DNA of 64,000 nucleotides, taken from assembly GCA_032718475.1 (NCBI GenBank), contig JAUCBJ010007794.1, forward strand, positions 6,123 to 70,122, written 5' to 3'. The stretch comes from Nemertoderma westbladi (lineage: Eukaryota > Animalia > Xenacoelomorpha). Shown in pieces: positions 25,586 to 37,599 of the stretch. A program made the position numbers and the translations under genes. The first letter of the stretch is position 1; the number at the start of each line of letters is the position of its first letter. The notes below the pieces were generated by a model. It saw only the letters and a list, made by a program, of their open reading frames with translations, did not search any database and had not been told where the DNA came from.

Positions 25586-26066
25586 TTAAGGCGCTCCCTC
25601 CAGTAGACAGCATTTCCCTACGGCTCTCCTGTAGGTTTTTCTGTCCTTTGCACCTATCTTTCCACCTATCCGCACTTCTACCGATCGGACTCTTCCGTCC
25701 TCATCGGAGTATGTGCCTACCACCCTCGCCAACCGCCACTGGTTGTTGATGATTGTATCATCCGTGACAATCACGAGATCTCCCTCTCTTAACTCCCTAT
25801 TTGACTTCCTCCACTTACTTCTTTTGTGAAGCGTGGGTAGGTATTCCTCAACCCACCTTCTCCAATACTCTGCGCATATTGCTTTAGCGACTTTCCAACT
25901 CTGGCGGGAGTGTATGTCATCTGGGTCCACACCCCGCATATCGATTGTCGCTGGCCTCTCCATTAGGAAATGGCTGGGCGTCAGCACCTCTAGTGACTCA
26001 GGGTTATCATTCTCCGGATATAGCGGTCTGCTATTAATGATACCCTCACACTTTGCAAGTACTGTT
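25586..26066 (-). pseudogene. pol: Element A integrase C-terminus (Pao-type)
   Basis: LTPSHFL...YWRRWVEEYLPTLHKRSKW...GDLVIV...WRLARV...DGRVRSVEV; continues the integrase broken at 44599. Confidence 0.93.
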
Positions 26067-27310
26067 TGTACGCGCTTTTGAAGACCTTTAGCAGTTTAAC
26101 CTGCCAAAATTTATATGTCTTTTGGTTTATAACTCGACTTTAGCATATGACAAGTATTTAATACCAATAAACACAACATTAGCCGAAGCCAGCCTAGTGC
26201 GCGTCCATTCACCCGCTGGATATACCCGGGAGACTGGATTCGGAGGGCTTAGATTTTATTGCAGTGTAGCCTACTGTATTATTCGATTGATCGTTAATAA
26301 ATAATCTCTGAAGAAATATTATTTACTTTCGGGAAATATTAACAGTTCCTTTAGGACGTGGCGCTCTATCTAGGTAAACAGAGCTATGACTTATACTAAA
26401 CACAACGGTAAGGCTTATGATTCACATATAAGGCGCATTCTTTAGGAAATGCTTAGTTATCAGCCACAATCATGCACACTACCGGTACCGCACAATACTG
26501 CACACTAATCTGCCGACCGTCAATGAATTTGATCATACATAAAGAGAACAGCAATTGACTCATGTAGTGTCTATCAAATAGCATTAGATTCACTACAAAC
26601 CACGATAATATAAGTCGCAATTGTTATATGTAACCGGTCTCTCTAACCTGTAGTGTATCAAGAAGATTGGGAAATTTGGGTTATTTATCGATGTTCTCCA
26701 AGTAATAATATTCAACCAACTGATACAAATAATAACCACAGTAAATAGCATTAAGACGGTAGGTTAAGATATGATATGATTGGTAGGTATTGGTATGATA
26801 TGGTTAGTTGTTAAGCATGAGTTGAGTTGATAACAGTTATACTTTCTATAATCTAAGCCTACTAATGTTTCTTCTAAAGTCTGAAACAAAATGATTCCAG
26901 AGCCGGTGTTCTTGGCCTAGATAGAAACAACACAACAACTGTAAGAGTCTCTGTGATAGTGTCACACTGTTGCAGGTATCTTTTACACAGAGAGGACAAG
27001 CTCTCATTGGCAGAACACCAGATTCCACAGGTTCCACGAATGTCTAAATGCCGAACTATCAGGATTTTTGCAGCCCTTGGCCAGCACACAAAATTAGTCA
27101 CTCCGCTCGGTTGCCCTGGTTGCATACTCTGCTGCTATAGCTCTGGTTGGCCGATAGAACATAGCAAAGAGCCCCTCGTACAGCAAATCAGCCAATCAGC
27201 TGGTCGCTTGTATCATTCGAGTTAGGGAGCTTTTTAGAGTATTCCAGCGCCTTGGGGGGAACTGGATTGCAAAGCAAAAGGGCCAGTTATATCCCACAAA
27301 AGCTTTTACA
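26067..27310 (-). repeat. Element B 3' LTR (1244 bp)
   Basis: TGTACGCG...CTTTTACA, about 9 mismatches by eye against 43355-44598. Purine-rich GGGAGCGG precedes it on the minus strand. Confidence 0.96.
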
Positions 27311-27388
27311 CCGCTCCCAGAAAATGGTATTTAAGTCTATAAAATATACAAAATCACAGTTTCTAATATACGTAAATACTCTAAACAG

Positions 27389-30165
27389 TTAGTCTTTCTT
27401 GCGCGGACGGCGTTTACGCAGTTTTTTAAAGCTAGCCAGAGTCTTTTTCTCTTTGGGGCGAGCCACTTTACAAGGAGGGCTATAACTCCTGGGTGAAGGG
27501 TGCAATATGATTGCATCAGAGGGTGTCTGATTATGGTCAGTGTATCCGCCAGTCGAAGTGCCGGGTTGGTTGACATCAACGTCGGGGGAGAGGGGTCTAA
27601 CGGCCTTTAGAGCGCGTTTTAGGACGGCCGCTCTTACGGGTCCTTTACGAGTGGTCTGAACGAGAGCCGTGGGTGGACCATAGGCAGTCAGAAACTTCCT
27701 GGGTTTAATGGTTCTTTCCAACTCGCGTCCGCGGGCTCGGTATTTGTAAGGCCGTCGATATACTTCCTGTAACTCGGGGTGTGAGTTAACAAATAAGTCT
27801 CCATAGCCCGGATCTTGACGGATAAAATTGATTAAGTTATAGGAATGGATGTCGCTAGGATTAACACTCCTGAGAAATTTGCGTACGAATTTGGTTGAAA
27901 TACATTCTCCGACGCGCTTCAGTAGTTCGTAACTCGATATGCGTGATTTCTGTTCGACAGAAGCGAATAGATAAGGATGGAACGCATAAACTCCTTCGTA
28001 AGCGCGTCCAGGGTAATAGCGATGGCGCGAATCACAATGTAAATCAGCGTTCGCTTCCCAAGCTCTGATGTAACGTAGTGTAATCATTTCATCTACGCTT
28101 TCCAAATCGTGATTAAAAGGGCAATCGAAACTGGCGTGTCCCTTTAATTGACAATGGTGACATTGAGTCATAAATTGAGGGCAAACCGCAAAAATGTGCA
28201 AGTTATTGAGTCTGCAATATGCACAAAAAAATTTCCATCGCCGGTTGTTCGTGGAAATAGGAACAGTGGACGTTTGTGTCCATGGGTTCGTGTGTTTCTC
28301 CTCGAGTAGATTTTCCTCCGCTTGTCTCTGTAAGCGTTCATCTAGAAACTCTTGTAGAGAATACGTGCGTCCAAGCTCGATGTCCTCCTTGAGGTTTTGG
28401 ATTTCTCTATCGAACTGTGGCAAAGCTAACTCCTTCACCGATTGGACTTGTTGCTGTAATTTACGTTTCTCTAAACAATCTTGTGTTCCCTTTCCGATCT
28501 TCTGTCAAATAGCGTCTAAAGCGTTTCTTATAACGCTCTCCTCGACTTCCGTGGCGGGTTGCATCGGGTTTAATCCTGGACGATTGTAAGGATTAAATGG
28601 CGATATTATATGCCCGCGTCCCAATCCGGCTAAGTAGGATGGGCGAATGTCTAACGAACCCACTACCGGAGCACCACCGATTAATTGTTCGGGTAGCACT
28701 AAATCTTTGAACAGTGAATATAGTTCGGGAGGATCAGTGATACTGTTAGGATCAAGAGTTTGAGGTCTCACTAGGGAATGAGGAGGCCTGACCGAGTATT
28801 CCGGAACTCTGATCATGGGTTTATTTAGTGATCGTTTGAGACGAGCGATCGTAGGTGATACGTCAAACAGGTTTCGCTCGAAACTCTCGTAAGTATAACG
28901 TGTAAAACTGTGTTTAGCGCAGCGTCTCCGCGGATGTTTATGTCTTTCCGTTTGTTGGTTGGGTCTAGGGCATTCGTCACAATAATACCAAAGACGTACG
29001 TCCTGTAGAGGAAACGCGGGTGATCGTTCTCCAGTTTTGCAATATTCTTCCATTTGTTCAAAGCTATCCGGGATAACAGGTAGTGGACGATCGGCGGTAA
29101 GATACATCATAGTGAAATAGAGCCGTTTGAGTTCTACCATAGGGTCATGATGTATACCTTGAGGATATCGAGTCTCTAGGTTCTGCTGACTGGCGATGTT
29201 GAGATAGGTTTCTCTCAAAAATTCCAGGTAGTCGTTGAAGTCGATGCGTTTATCCGGTTCTTCAACATTTTCTCTTTCCAGTCTGTTACGAATAGAATTT
29301 TCGTGTTCTATTCTCGGTTTATCGTTACGACTCCGCTGGGTATGATATTTAAATAGAACCATTTCCCTTTCAGTGTCTACATCGTCCGTATCATGTAAAT
29401 CGATAGGATGGCAGGAAGGCAGATATAATGTTGGGGGGTGTAGCTAGCTATCCGTCATATCGGGTGGTCAATATAATTTGGAGATGAGACTGATTCACTT
29501 GTCGCCTCAGCATGTAGTGACTTTTGGATTGCCCCTGATGCAGGTACAATTGGCTGATCAACATATAGTCTATTTGTAGGTATGCCTAATAAATTATCTA
29601 TTGGACTTGGTAATGTTGCCTCATTGTCTGGACCTTCTAAAGAATATTCTAGTGGGGTTGAAAAATTTTCAACTGGTACTGGTCTCAAAAATGTATTACC
29701 TACATGTACACTTGATGTTTTGCCTGACTCCTCCGATGAAGGAAATGTAGGGGTAGTAGCCCTAGTAGGTACCGGTATGTTATTAACAGTAGCCTCATGT
29801 ACCTTAAGTTCATAAATTGCATTCAGTGCCTTCCACTCCTGCTCTATGGTGGTAAATTCCCTAACTTGCTCATCCCGATAGCATCTAGCTATATTTGGGT
29901 GCAACTGTAACTGATTGACAGTATGTCTAAATGCTGTAACTGAATGGTCAATGTTGGCCATTCTACCTGCCAATGTATCTAATGGTAATTCATCGCTGGC
30001 TAATTTGTCAGCTATGTCTGTTATTTGCTTCTTTAAATAGGACCTACTTGTTCCAATGGACCTTTTAAGTCTCGATGAAGTTCCACCTTCATCTAAGCTA
30101 TTGCTACGATCTCTTGGCCTTTGCCGTAGGTTGAAACCTTTGCGATTTGGAGTAATATCCGACAT
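27389..30165 (-). pseudogene. Element B accessory ORF3 (~920 codons, disrupted): helical N-terminus, Cys/His motif, C-terminal CCHC pair
   Basis: ORFs 29455-30165, 28505-29362 and 27389-28438. The last two are in frame across one TGA (28505); the first joins via a TGA plus a frameshift near a C6 run. Motifs CDECPRPNQQTERHKHPRRRC and CAYCRLNNLHIFAVCPQFMTQCHHCQLKGHASFDC. Confidence 0.7.
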
Positions 30166-31321
30166 TGTATTTATAAATGTCAGACTGTACTGTATGTATT
30201 GTAAAGTATACTATACCTTTGATTTGTTATACCTAAGCTATAATAAATATATCTATCCTGTACATAATACCAGTATATAATATAATGTAATATTAAATAT
30301 AAGTAATTATAAGTACCGGTAAATCCAATCTGCCTATAGGACCTAACAGCCTAATGTATACCAGTATGGTATAGCCTATCTGCCTATGTCTACTATGTAG
30401 GTAGACAATAATATTGCCAATATGATATATATACTTGTATCACAATATCAGTGTAAACTGACTGATAATAATTGCCAACTAGTACCGGTACTGGGTACTG
30501 TAAGAATAGGCCTATACCTTGTTACAAATACAAGGCTATTTATGTGCTAATGCCAATGCAAAATAATATTAGGCTAATAATATAAATACTTTATGTCAGT
30601 AGTTGTCAACAATGCTATGTGCCAAATGCTAATGTGCTAGCTGGCTAGTGCTAACTGCTAAAATGCTATATGCTAATGCCAAAATACTATAGGCCTACAA
30701 CTACTGCATATGCTAATGCTACCAAAAATTGAGAGAAGAATGTAGGCCTGTATGAATAAAATATATTTAGAAATTGCGCTGCGCTTAAAAATAAAACACT
30801 CTGAAAACTGGAAAAATTGAAAAAAGAAAAAAAATGGGTGAATGCGCCGTTCTCTGCCGTGTATTACCAATCTTGCATGGAATCTGTATTCCTGGCCAGT
30901 AAATACAGACTCCCAAAAATAGTAACACAAAACAGAAAATAGCACACTGTCACACTACATAAGCAGGTACCGGTATTTCAGCATTTAACATTGTTCAGTT
31001 GTTTAAGCAGATTAAATGATTTTGTAAAAATCTAGTTAGGCTATGTGGCCTCTATGGTTATTCAGTATGGTACTTCAGTAGGCCTACTTACACGCAGTCA
31101 GCCTACAGCCTACGTGGTCGGGCTGACCGGTTTCAGCAGCTCGGTGAGAATTCAGGAATTAATAAGAGAGAATTTTATAACCACCGGTACTTCTGTACTT
31201 TACCGTATGGTTTAGCGTTCAGCATTAAACGGATTCAATAGGCCTAATAGGCTACTATTCAGCTATTTGACCGTTTTTTTTTTTGAAATTTTTGAAATGA
31301 ATGCCCTTTTTTTTTTTTTTT

Positions 31322-31570
31322 TTATAGAAAACGTGAAAACGTTAAGAAGTCCATATACGTACCATTACGATGCGTATAACGAGCAGTGAATTTTCGATAG
31401 TCCAATTCACGCGTAAGTTGCTCCTGGGACATCGGCGGTTTGATATAACGACCATCGTCCTCCGTAATGGTTGGATCGGCTTCACCGTGCATCAAGCTAT
31501 TCACAAATGCTTGTAAAGGTAGAGTATATCGCTCCCTGATACCAAGATCATCTTCTATCAATTCCGTCAT
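31322..31570 (-). CDS. Small 82-aa ORF in the 3' region of element B, function unknown
   Basis: ATG start and balanced composition within AT-rich surroundings; the stop runs into an A-tract. Confidence 0.35.
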   Translation of the reverse strand: MTELIEDDLGIRERYTLPLQAFVNSLMHGEADPTITEDDGRYIKPPMSQEQLTRELDYRKFTARYTHRNGTYMDFLTFSRFL

Positions 31571-33261
31571 ATCTGCTATCTGAGTTTATTAATATTATAA
31601 TGAGTTTATATTTAGGCGAGCGGGCGTCGCTGCCTACCTCTCTTTGCCCCCGGACAGTGGGATTCTCAGCGCCGATGTACCGTCGTCGCGGTGTTTACGC
31701 CAACATGTAGCAACAGCACGACAACGATAACCGGCACAAGTCACTCCACTGTCCGTCCCAAAGGCTTGGATCCACTTTAGGTTCTTTCTATAGTAGAGTT
31801 AGGGCTACTTTCACAATTGCGACTAGCTACTGTAAACACACTTTAGCAGTAACATTCACCTATAAACGCACAAATTCCACACAACTGTCACCAATTGTAC
31901 ACATACAGGCCATTTGTCCGTTAGTCAGTGCCTTCCAGAATGTCACGTTATTACTATGTATCCTTGGATACTAACAGTGTGCTATGTATTCTCTATGCTA
32001 TGCGATGGGACAAGCTTTCTATTGTTCTTTTAACTTGCTTCTAATTCTAGCGTGGGTGTTGCTATGGTGACATTATGGAAAGCTAGCGGTAGAATTAGGG
32101 TAATTCTCATGCATACAGATCTGGAATGCTATTTAATAGTAATTCTTTAATTGTCAATATCCTCTTTATATATGATTTTATTAATTTTATCGGCTATTGA
32201 CTATATGTTGGAGATTCTCGCACTCTAATACACTCAATAGGATGAATCTATTAATTAATGGAATTTTGGGAATGTTATAAATTGCACAAAATGACAATTT
32301 ATGAAATTCATTTAAGATATGAATTTAAATTTATTCCCGTGAATTTTATTATTTGATGGTAAAATTGACACAATTTTATTCCAGAGCATGTCTGGGGACC
32401 TAGGATCCTTAATTCTATAAAATTGTCTTTTAAGATTATCGGTAAGTGCTGCGATATCTTAATTGACTAGAAATTTTAAAGGATCTGAATTTTACAGATT
32501 TTAATAAATATTAAATTAATATTTAAGATGGGCACCGATTTATTCCAGAACTTGTCTGGGGATGTTAACCACTGATTCTAGAATTTGTCTTTCAAGTATA
32601 TCGGTGGGTGCCGCGATATCTTAATCGACTAGAATTACAGATGGTCAAAAGGTTTAACAGATTTATTTGCGTTTTACGCTACTGTTAGAGGGACATCACG
32701 CTACTATATGTATTATTTAATATAAGGTAGAAGAGCAATATCGCACGAAGCAATGTCAGTGTGAAGAGGCAAGTCGTTTCCAAGGTCTACCCAGAGCTTG
32801 GTTTAGCCGAGACACGAGGATCTGAACTTTGCATTCCTAATACTCTGCCTACCAATAATACTTAAATATAGTAGGAGCTTTATTGTACTTTAATAAGTAC
32901 TGACATGTCATCTTACTATAGTCTTGCATTTATAATATAATACGGACAGTAAGGAAAAAGAAAGAATTATTTCTCGCCGTCACACTAAATATATATTATG
33001 TGTAATTACGTAATAAACACTAATATATTGCACTAATCTACTAAATAATCTAAAATAACATTTTACTAAATAAAATTAAATAAAACGATTATAATAAAGT
33101 ACATAATAACGTTCGCATATAAAAATATAATAAAATAGATAGAATAATATAGTCATGCACCCACTCCAGACGTATCACGTTGGGGAGTCCCTAGATGTTT
33201 GAGGAATTAGGGAGGTGGTCGTGGGAAGAGTGTCTTGCCTTCCATAGTTTCCGGAGAGCTC

Positions 33262-36200
33262 TCAGTCTCTTTCCAGTAAACATAAACGACCAACTGGGCG
33301 ATTGAGTTGTTGCGTCTCAAAGATTATGCCGGGTTTCTTGAGGTTACGCCGCATGACGACGAGTTCCACCGAGCGCACTAAACCATCATCCGAGATGTGA
33401 GTCTCGTTGATACGACCTGTCTGCCACCGTTTACGTGGAAGGTCTGAATCTACAATAAGCACCATGTCTCCGGCGCTGACGTTTTCTTGCTGCGCAAACC
33501 ACTTAGTTCGAAGTTGTAGCGTGGGCAGATAATGTTTCTCGAAATGGTCAGCGAAACGACGGGATAGCAACTGCATAAGTTGCCAGGTTTGACGGCAGTA
33601 TTCGTCTCCGTCGGCAATCTCCGATCGTGGGAGCATGGCTACAGGTTTCTTCAGTAGGAAGTGTGCGGGTGTTAGCGCTTCCAGGGAATTGGGACTCGAT
33701 GAGACTGGCATAAGCGGTCTCTCGTTGAGATAGGCAGCGATTTCCTCCATTGACGTCCGCAAAAGTTCGTCGGTGAGATACGCGCGGCATGGCACTATAA
33801 AGTGAAATGCGGTCTTGACACTTCTAATTAATCTCTCCCAGCTTCCTCCCCACCAAGGGGCGTCGGCGGCGTTGAAGGTCCAGCTAGACGCTGTTATCCT
33901 TAGCTGATCGTCCACCTGTCTTTGGTTCCAGTCCTTCACGTAAGTCTGGATTTCGTTGTTGGCACCAATGAAGTTCGTTCCCTTATCCGATCTCATGGTA
34001 TTACTAGTCCCGAAGCGAGCGATCTGTCGGCGTAAACTTAAGACGAAGCTGTTGGTAGATAGATCGTTCACCATATTGAGATGGATGGCTCTACAAGTCA
34101 TGCATACGAAGATGACACACCATCTCTTGACTATAGTCCTAGCACGATATACTTCAATAGGGCCAAATAAATCTACACCAGTATTAGTAAAGGGTGGTTC
34201 ATAGAAGCTTACTCGTTCCCTAGGTAATTCTGCCTCTCGCTGTTTTAAAGGCCTACTGAATGCTTTCCTACAGGGTATGCAGTTCCTAAGAACTTGGTTC
34301 AGAGCTCTACGGGGTTTATAAAAATAATAGCGAGTTCGGATTTCGCTAAGAACTCGTTCTCTACCAGCATGATAAAGTTTACTGTGAACATCTACAATCA
34401 TCTTGATTTGTACTTCAAGATTTCTAATGAGTATGGGGAATTTAGTGTCAAAGGATAATGGCGCATTGGTGAGTCTTCCTCCAACACGTATTAACCCATC
34501 TATCATTGTGCTAGAGAAGCGATCCCTTAAGCGCATCTGCGGATTTCTCAACAACAGGAAATACTTATCGGAATCCTCATAGCATTGCAGGAGTCTCAGT
34601 ATCTGCTTATTGGTTTCTTCATGCTCCTGGTAACTGATTTTCTCCTTTAGAAACCGGTCGGATGTCTTATATTTGGGGAGATCTTTAATAACATGAACTT
34701 GTGCAGATGTCAATGGAGCGGTATCACTAATGGTCTTCGTCCTGGAGTAGTGATGATGAAAACATCGCCTTAAATATGTGACGGCCTTACAGAGCCGATT
34801 CCAGGAACTGTAGTGATGCATTGCTCTCTGCAGCAGGGGTGAGATTCCTTGCAAACCGTCTGGTATTCCAGATTTCCAATCTCTATCTCTAATTTCCACA
34901 ACAGACTTATTTGTGGCGAGGGATTGCGGATCCGAAGCATCGTTTCCGGAAGTATGTAATACAGATAGATCGACCGTCGGTTTAAATAACTTCGATTTAC
35001 TCGCCCGGGTTTTAGGTTTGACTTTCTCCGCTCCCTTGGCTTGTCTAATCTCTGCCGTAGTAAGGTGAGGAGGCCATTCATTCTCTTCCTTGCTAAGGAA
35101 GTCGGGTCCACCCAACCAGTCCGGAGTATCTATCAGTTCCTGTGGAGTTGCTCCCCTGGAGGCGATATCGGCTGGATTAATCGTACCAGGGCAATGTCTC
35201 CATTGATCTATCTTTGTGCGACTAAGAATAATGGCTACTCTGTTAGTAACAAAAACGCTGAACTGACAGACTTCATTGGTTATATACTCCAACACGAGTA
35301 AAGCGTCGGTCCAATAAACAGTTTTCTCCAGTGGATAGTCGATTTGTTCTGTTACGTTCCGGCTGATGGCTGTAGTGTATAAAGCCGCTTTTAACTCCGC
35401 TCGAGGAACCTTTAACTTGTTGTTAATCAATGCCTTAGAGGTAACCAAGGCGACTTTGATTCCATCCGGAGTTTCGACTTGCAGATATGCTAGTATACCT
35501 ATTCCCATGTCACTGGTGTCTCCAAACACATGGAGTTGATAGGAATACGTAGGGAGAACATGACCAAAATATGAACAGGAAATTATAAAGCTCTCGATGG
35601 CAGGTAGAGAATCTTCCCATTTCATCCACTTCTTTAACAGTTCTCCCTTAAGTGGATCGTCCCAGGAGTGGTTTTCAAGCCACATTTGTTGTACTAAACT
35701 CCGAGCAATCAATATAACTGGGCTAATAAATCCCAATGGGTCGAAATAAGTGCTCAGGATACTTAAACAAATCCGTGTGGTCCGAACTGGATTATCTCGC
35801 TGTTTTAGCTGAAAAAACAGGATATCTCTTTCTGTGTCCCACTTCAAGCCAAGCGTCTTGGTTTCTGGAAGATCGTCCTTTATTAAGTCTAGGTCTTTCG
35901 TTCCTCGATCTTCTACCGGTATCGCTTCCAGAAACTCACGGGAGTTGCTGGTGAATTTCGTCAGTCGAAATCCTCATCTTTTCAAACACTCTACCGTTCC
36001 TTTCGCGACATCAATGGCTTCTTCTACTGATTGAAGGGACTTTAAATTGTCGTCCATGTATATATCACGTTTGATGTTATCTATCACCTCTTTTGAGAAG
36101 GCGTCCCGGTTGTCATTCGCAGTGGTCCGCACCACGGAGCAGGCGTTGTAAGGGCTTGATATGATCCCAAAAGCCTGGATGGTCATCCAGTACTCTACCA

Positions 36201-37599
36201 GTTTCTGGTTGAGATCTCCTTCAGGCCACCACAGAAATCTTAGGCTGTCTCTATCTCTATCCAGCGCCTTGACTTGTAAGAACATTCCTTCTATATCGGA
36301 GGCGAACGCGATGGAATATTGTCTTAATCTTAAAAGTATTCCCAACAAGGATTGGAGTAAGTTGGGTCCTGGTAACAACTCGGAATTGAGGGATTGGCCC
36401 ATATATAGAGCGGAGCCATCGAATACGACTCGTACTTCATGGGGTTTACCGGGTTTGGGAACGTAATGATGTGTTAAGTAATACGTTCTCTCAGTTATTG
36501 GTGTTCCTTCCGGTACTCGCTCCGCGTATCCCTTTGTAATCAATTTCTTCAACTGAGTTTGGTACATTTCTTTAGCTGAAGCATTTGCCGTAAGGCGTCG
36601 ATGTAATTGAGTGATTCTTTTCTCTGCCAAGGGTCTGTTATTTATAAATCTAGGTTCTCGTTTTCGAAATGGTAGGCCGATTTCATATCTACCTTGATTT
36701 TTTAAAAAACGTGTAGTTGTTTCCTGGATTTGCTTGGCTCTTTCTTCTTTTATCGATAGGGCCTTATCGTATGAATTGGGCTCTACCAATTCTTGAGTAA
36801 AGAATCGTACGGCGAGTTCGTCCCGAGTTCTAGCGTTGTAGCGCTCTATCTCATCATTGAGTTCGTCATTGTAATCAATGGGTCCCGATGGGCGAATCAG
36901 TTGACATAGGTTCACCTGGTTTTTCCAAATTCTGTTTTCTGTAAGTAGGTCGATTGTGTTCTCTTCATCGAAGAGTTGGTAGATGTCGTCATTATCTGAG
37001 GAGTATGGTGTTCCCTCAGTTAGTTTGTCCACCTCACTGCTCTCCACTTCCCAATCATTTACTTGGTATATTCGTTCTTGTGGTAGTCTCTCTTCGAGAG
37101 TTCTGCGGGAAGGGCCAGTAAAGTACCAACCTACTCTAGTTCTTACCGCATAGGTTTGTAGTGGCTGCGGTTGAGCAGGCCGTTTCTCCAATGTCTCGAG
37201 CTCCTCATGCGCGTTTTGGCCGATGAGTATTTGTACTCCAGGATAATCTGTCTGGAATCGAGGTATCTTAAGCTGTTGGATGCTCTCGTCTTCGTCCCAG
37301 TCATAAGGTTCTACTTGGGTAGTAGCGAAGTTTTTTATAGCCACCATTTTTACTGACCTTATACTTTGTGCTCCTAATTTATCCTGGGGGGTGGACAACG
37401 CACCTACATAGTAATCTGCCGTTATGGTAGATTTCCAAACCTGTATAACTCCTGACATATTTAACTTAGTTCGGAATTTGGGTTGTCCAGCAAAGATGTC
37501 TTTGGCTAGTTCTTGATCGATGAATGTTCCTGTGCTGCCGGAGTCAAGGAGGGCGTTCACTACGTAACTTTTGTTAGGACCGTGAACTCTTACCTGCAC
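33262..37599 (-). pseudogene. pol: Element B pol: aspartic protease, RT, RNase H, integrase (one in-frame stop at 35974)
   Basis: NALLDSGSTGT (PR); RVVFDGSA, LLPGPNL, SDIEGMFLQV, YMDD (RT); FDPLGF, HVFGDTS, VPRAEL, YWTDA (Pao RH); H-x4-H and CxxC zinc finger, GVDLFGP, RSDKGTNF, WWGGSWER (IN). Confidence 0.96.

Noticed and set aside
26122-27225. Short ORFs duplicated at 43410-44483
   Set aside because: They lie within the B LTRs; the duplication reflects LTR identity, with no protein motifs.
21729-30165. env genes as the identity of the post-pol ORFs
   Set aside because: No signal peptide, fusion-protein cysteine pattern or C-terminal transmembrane anchor is evident; nuclease-like and zinc-knuckle motifs are present instead.
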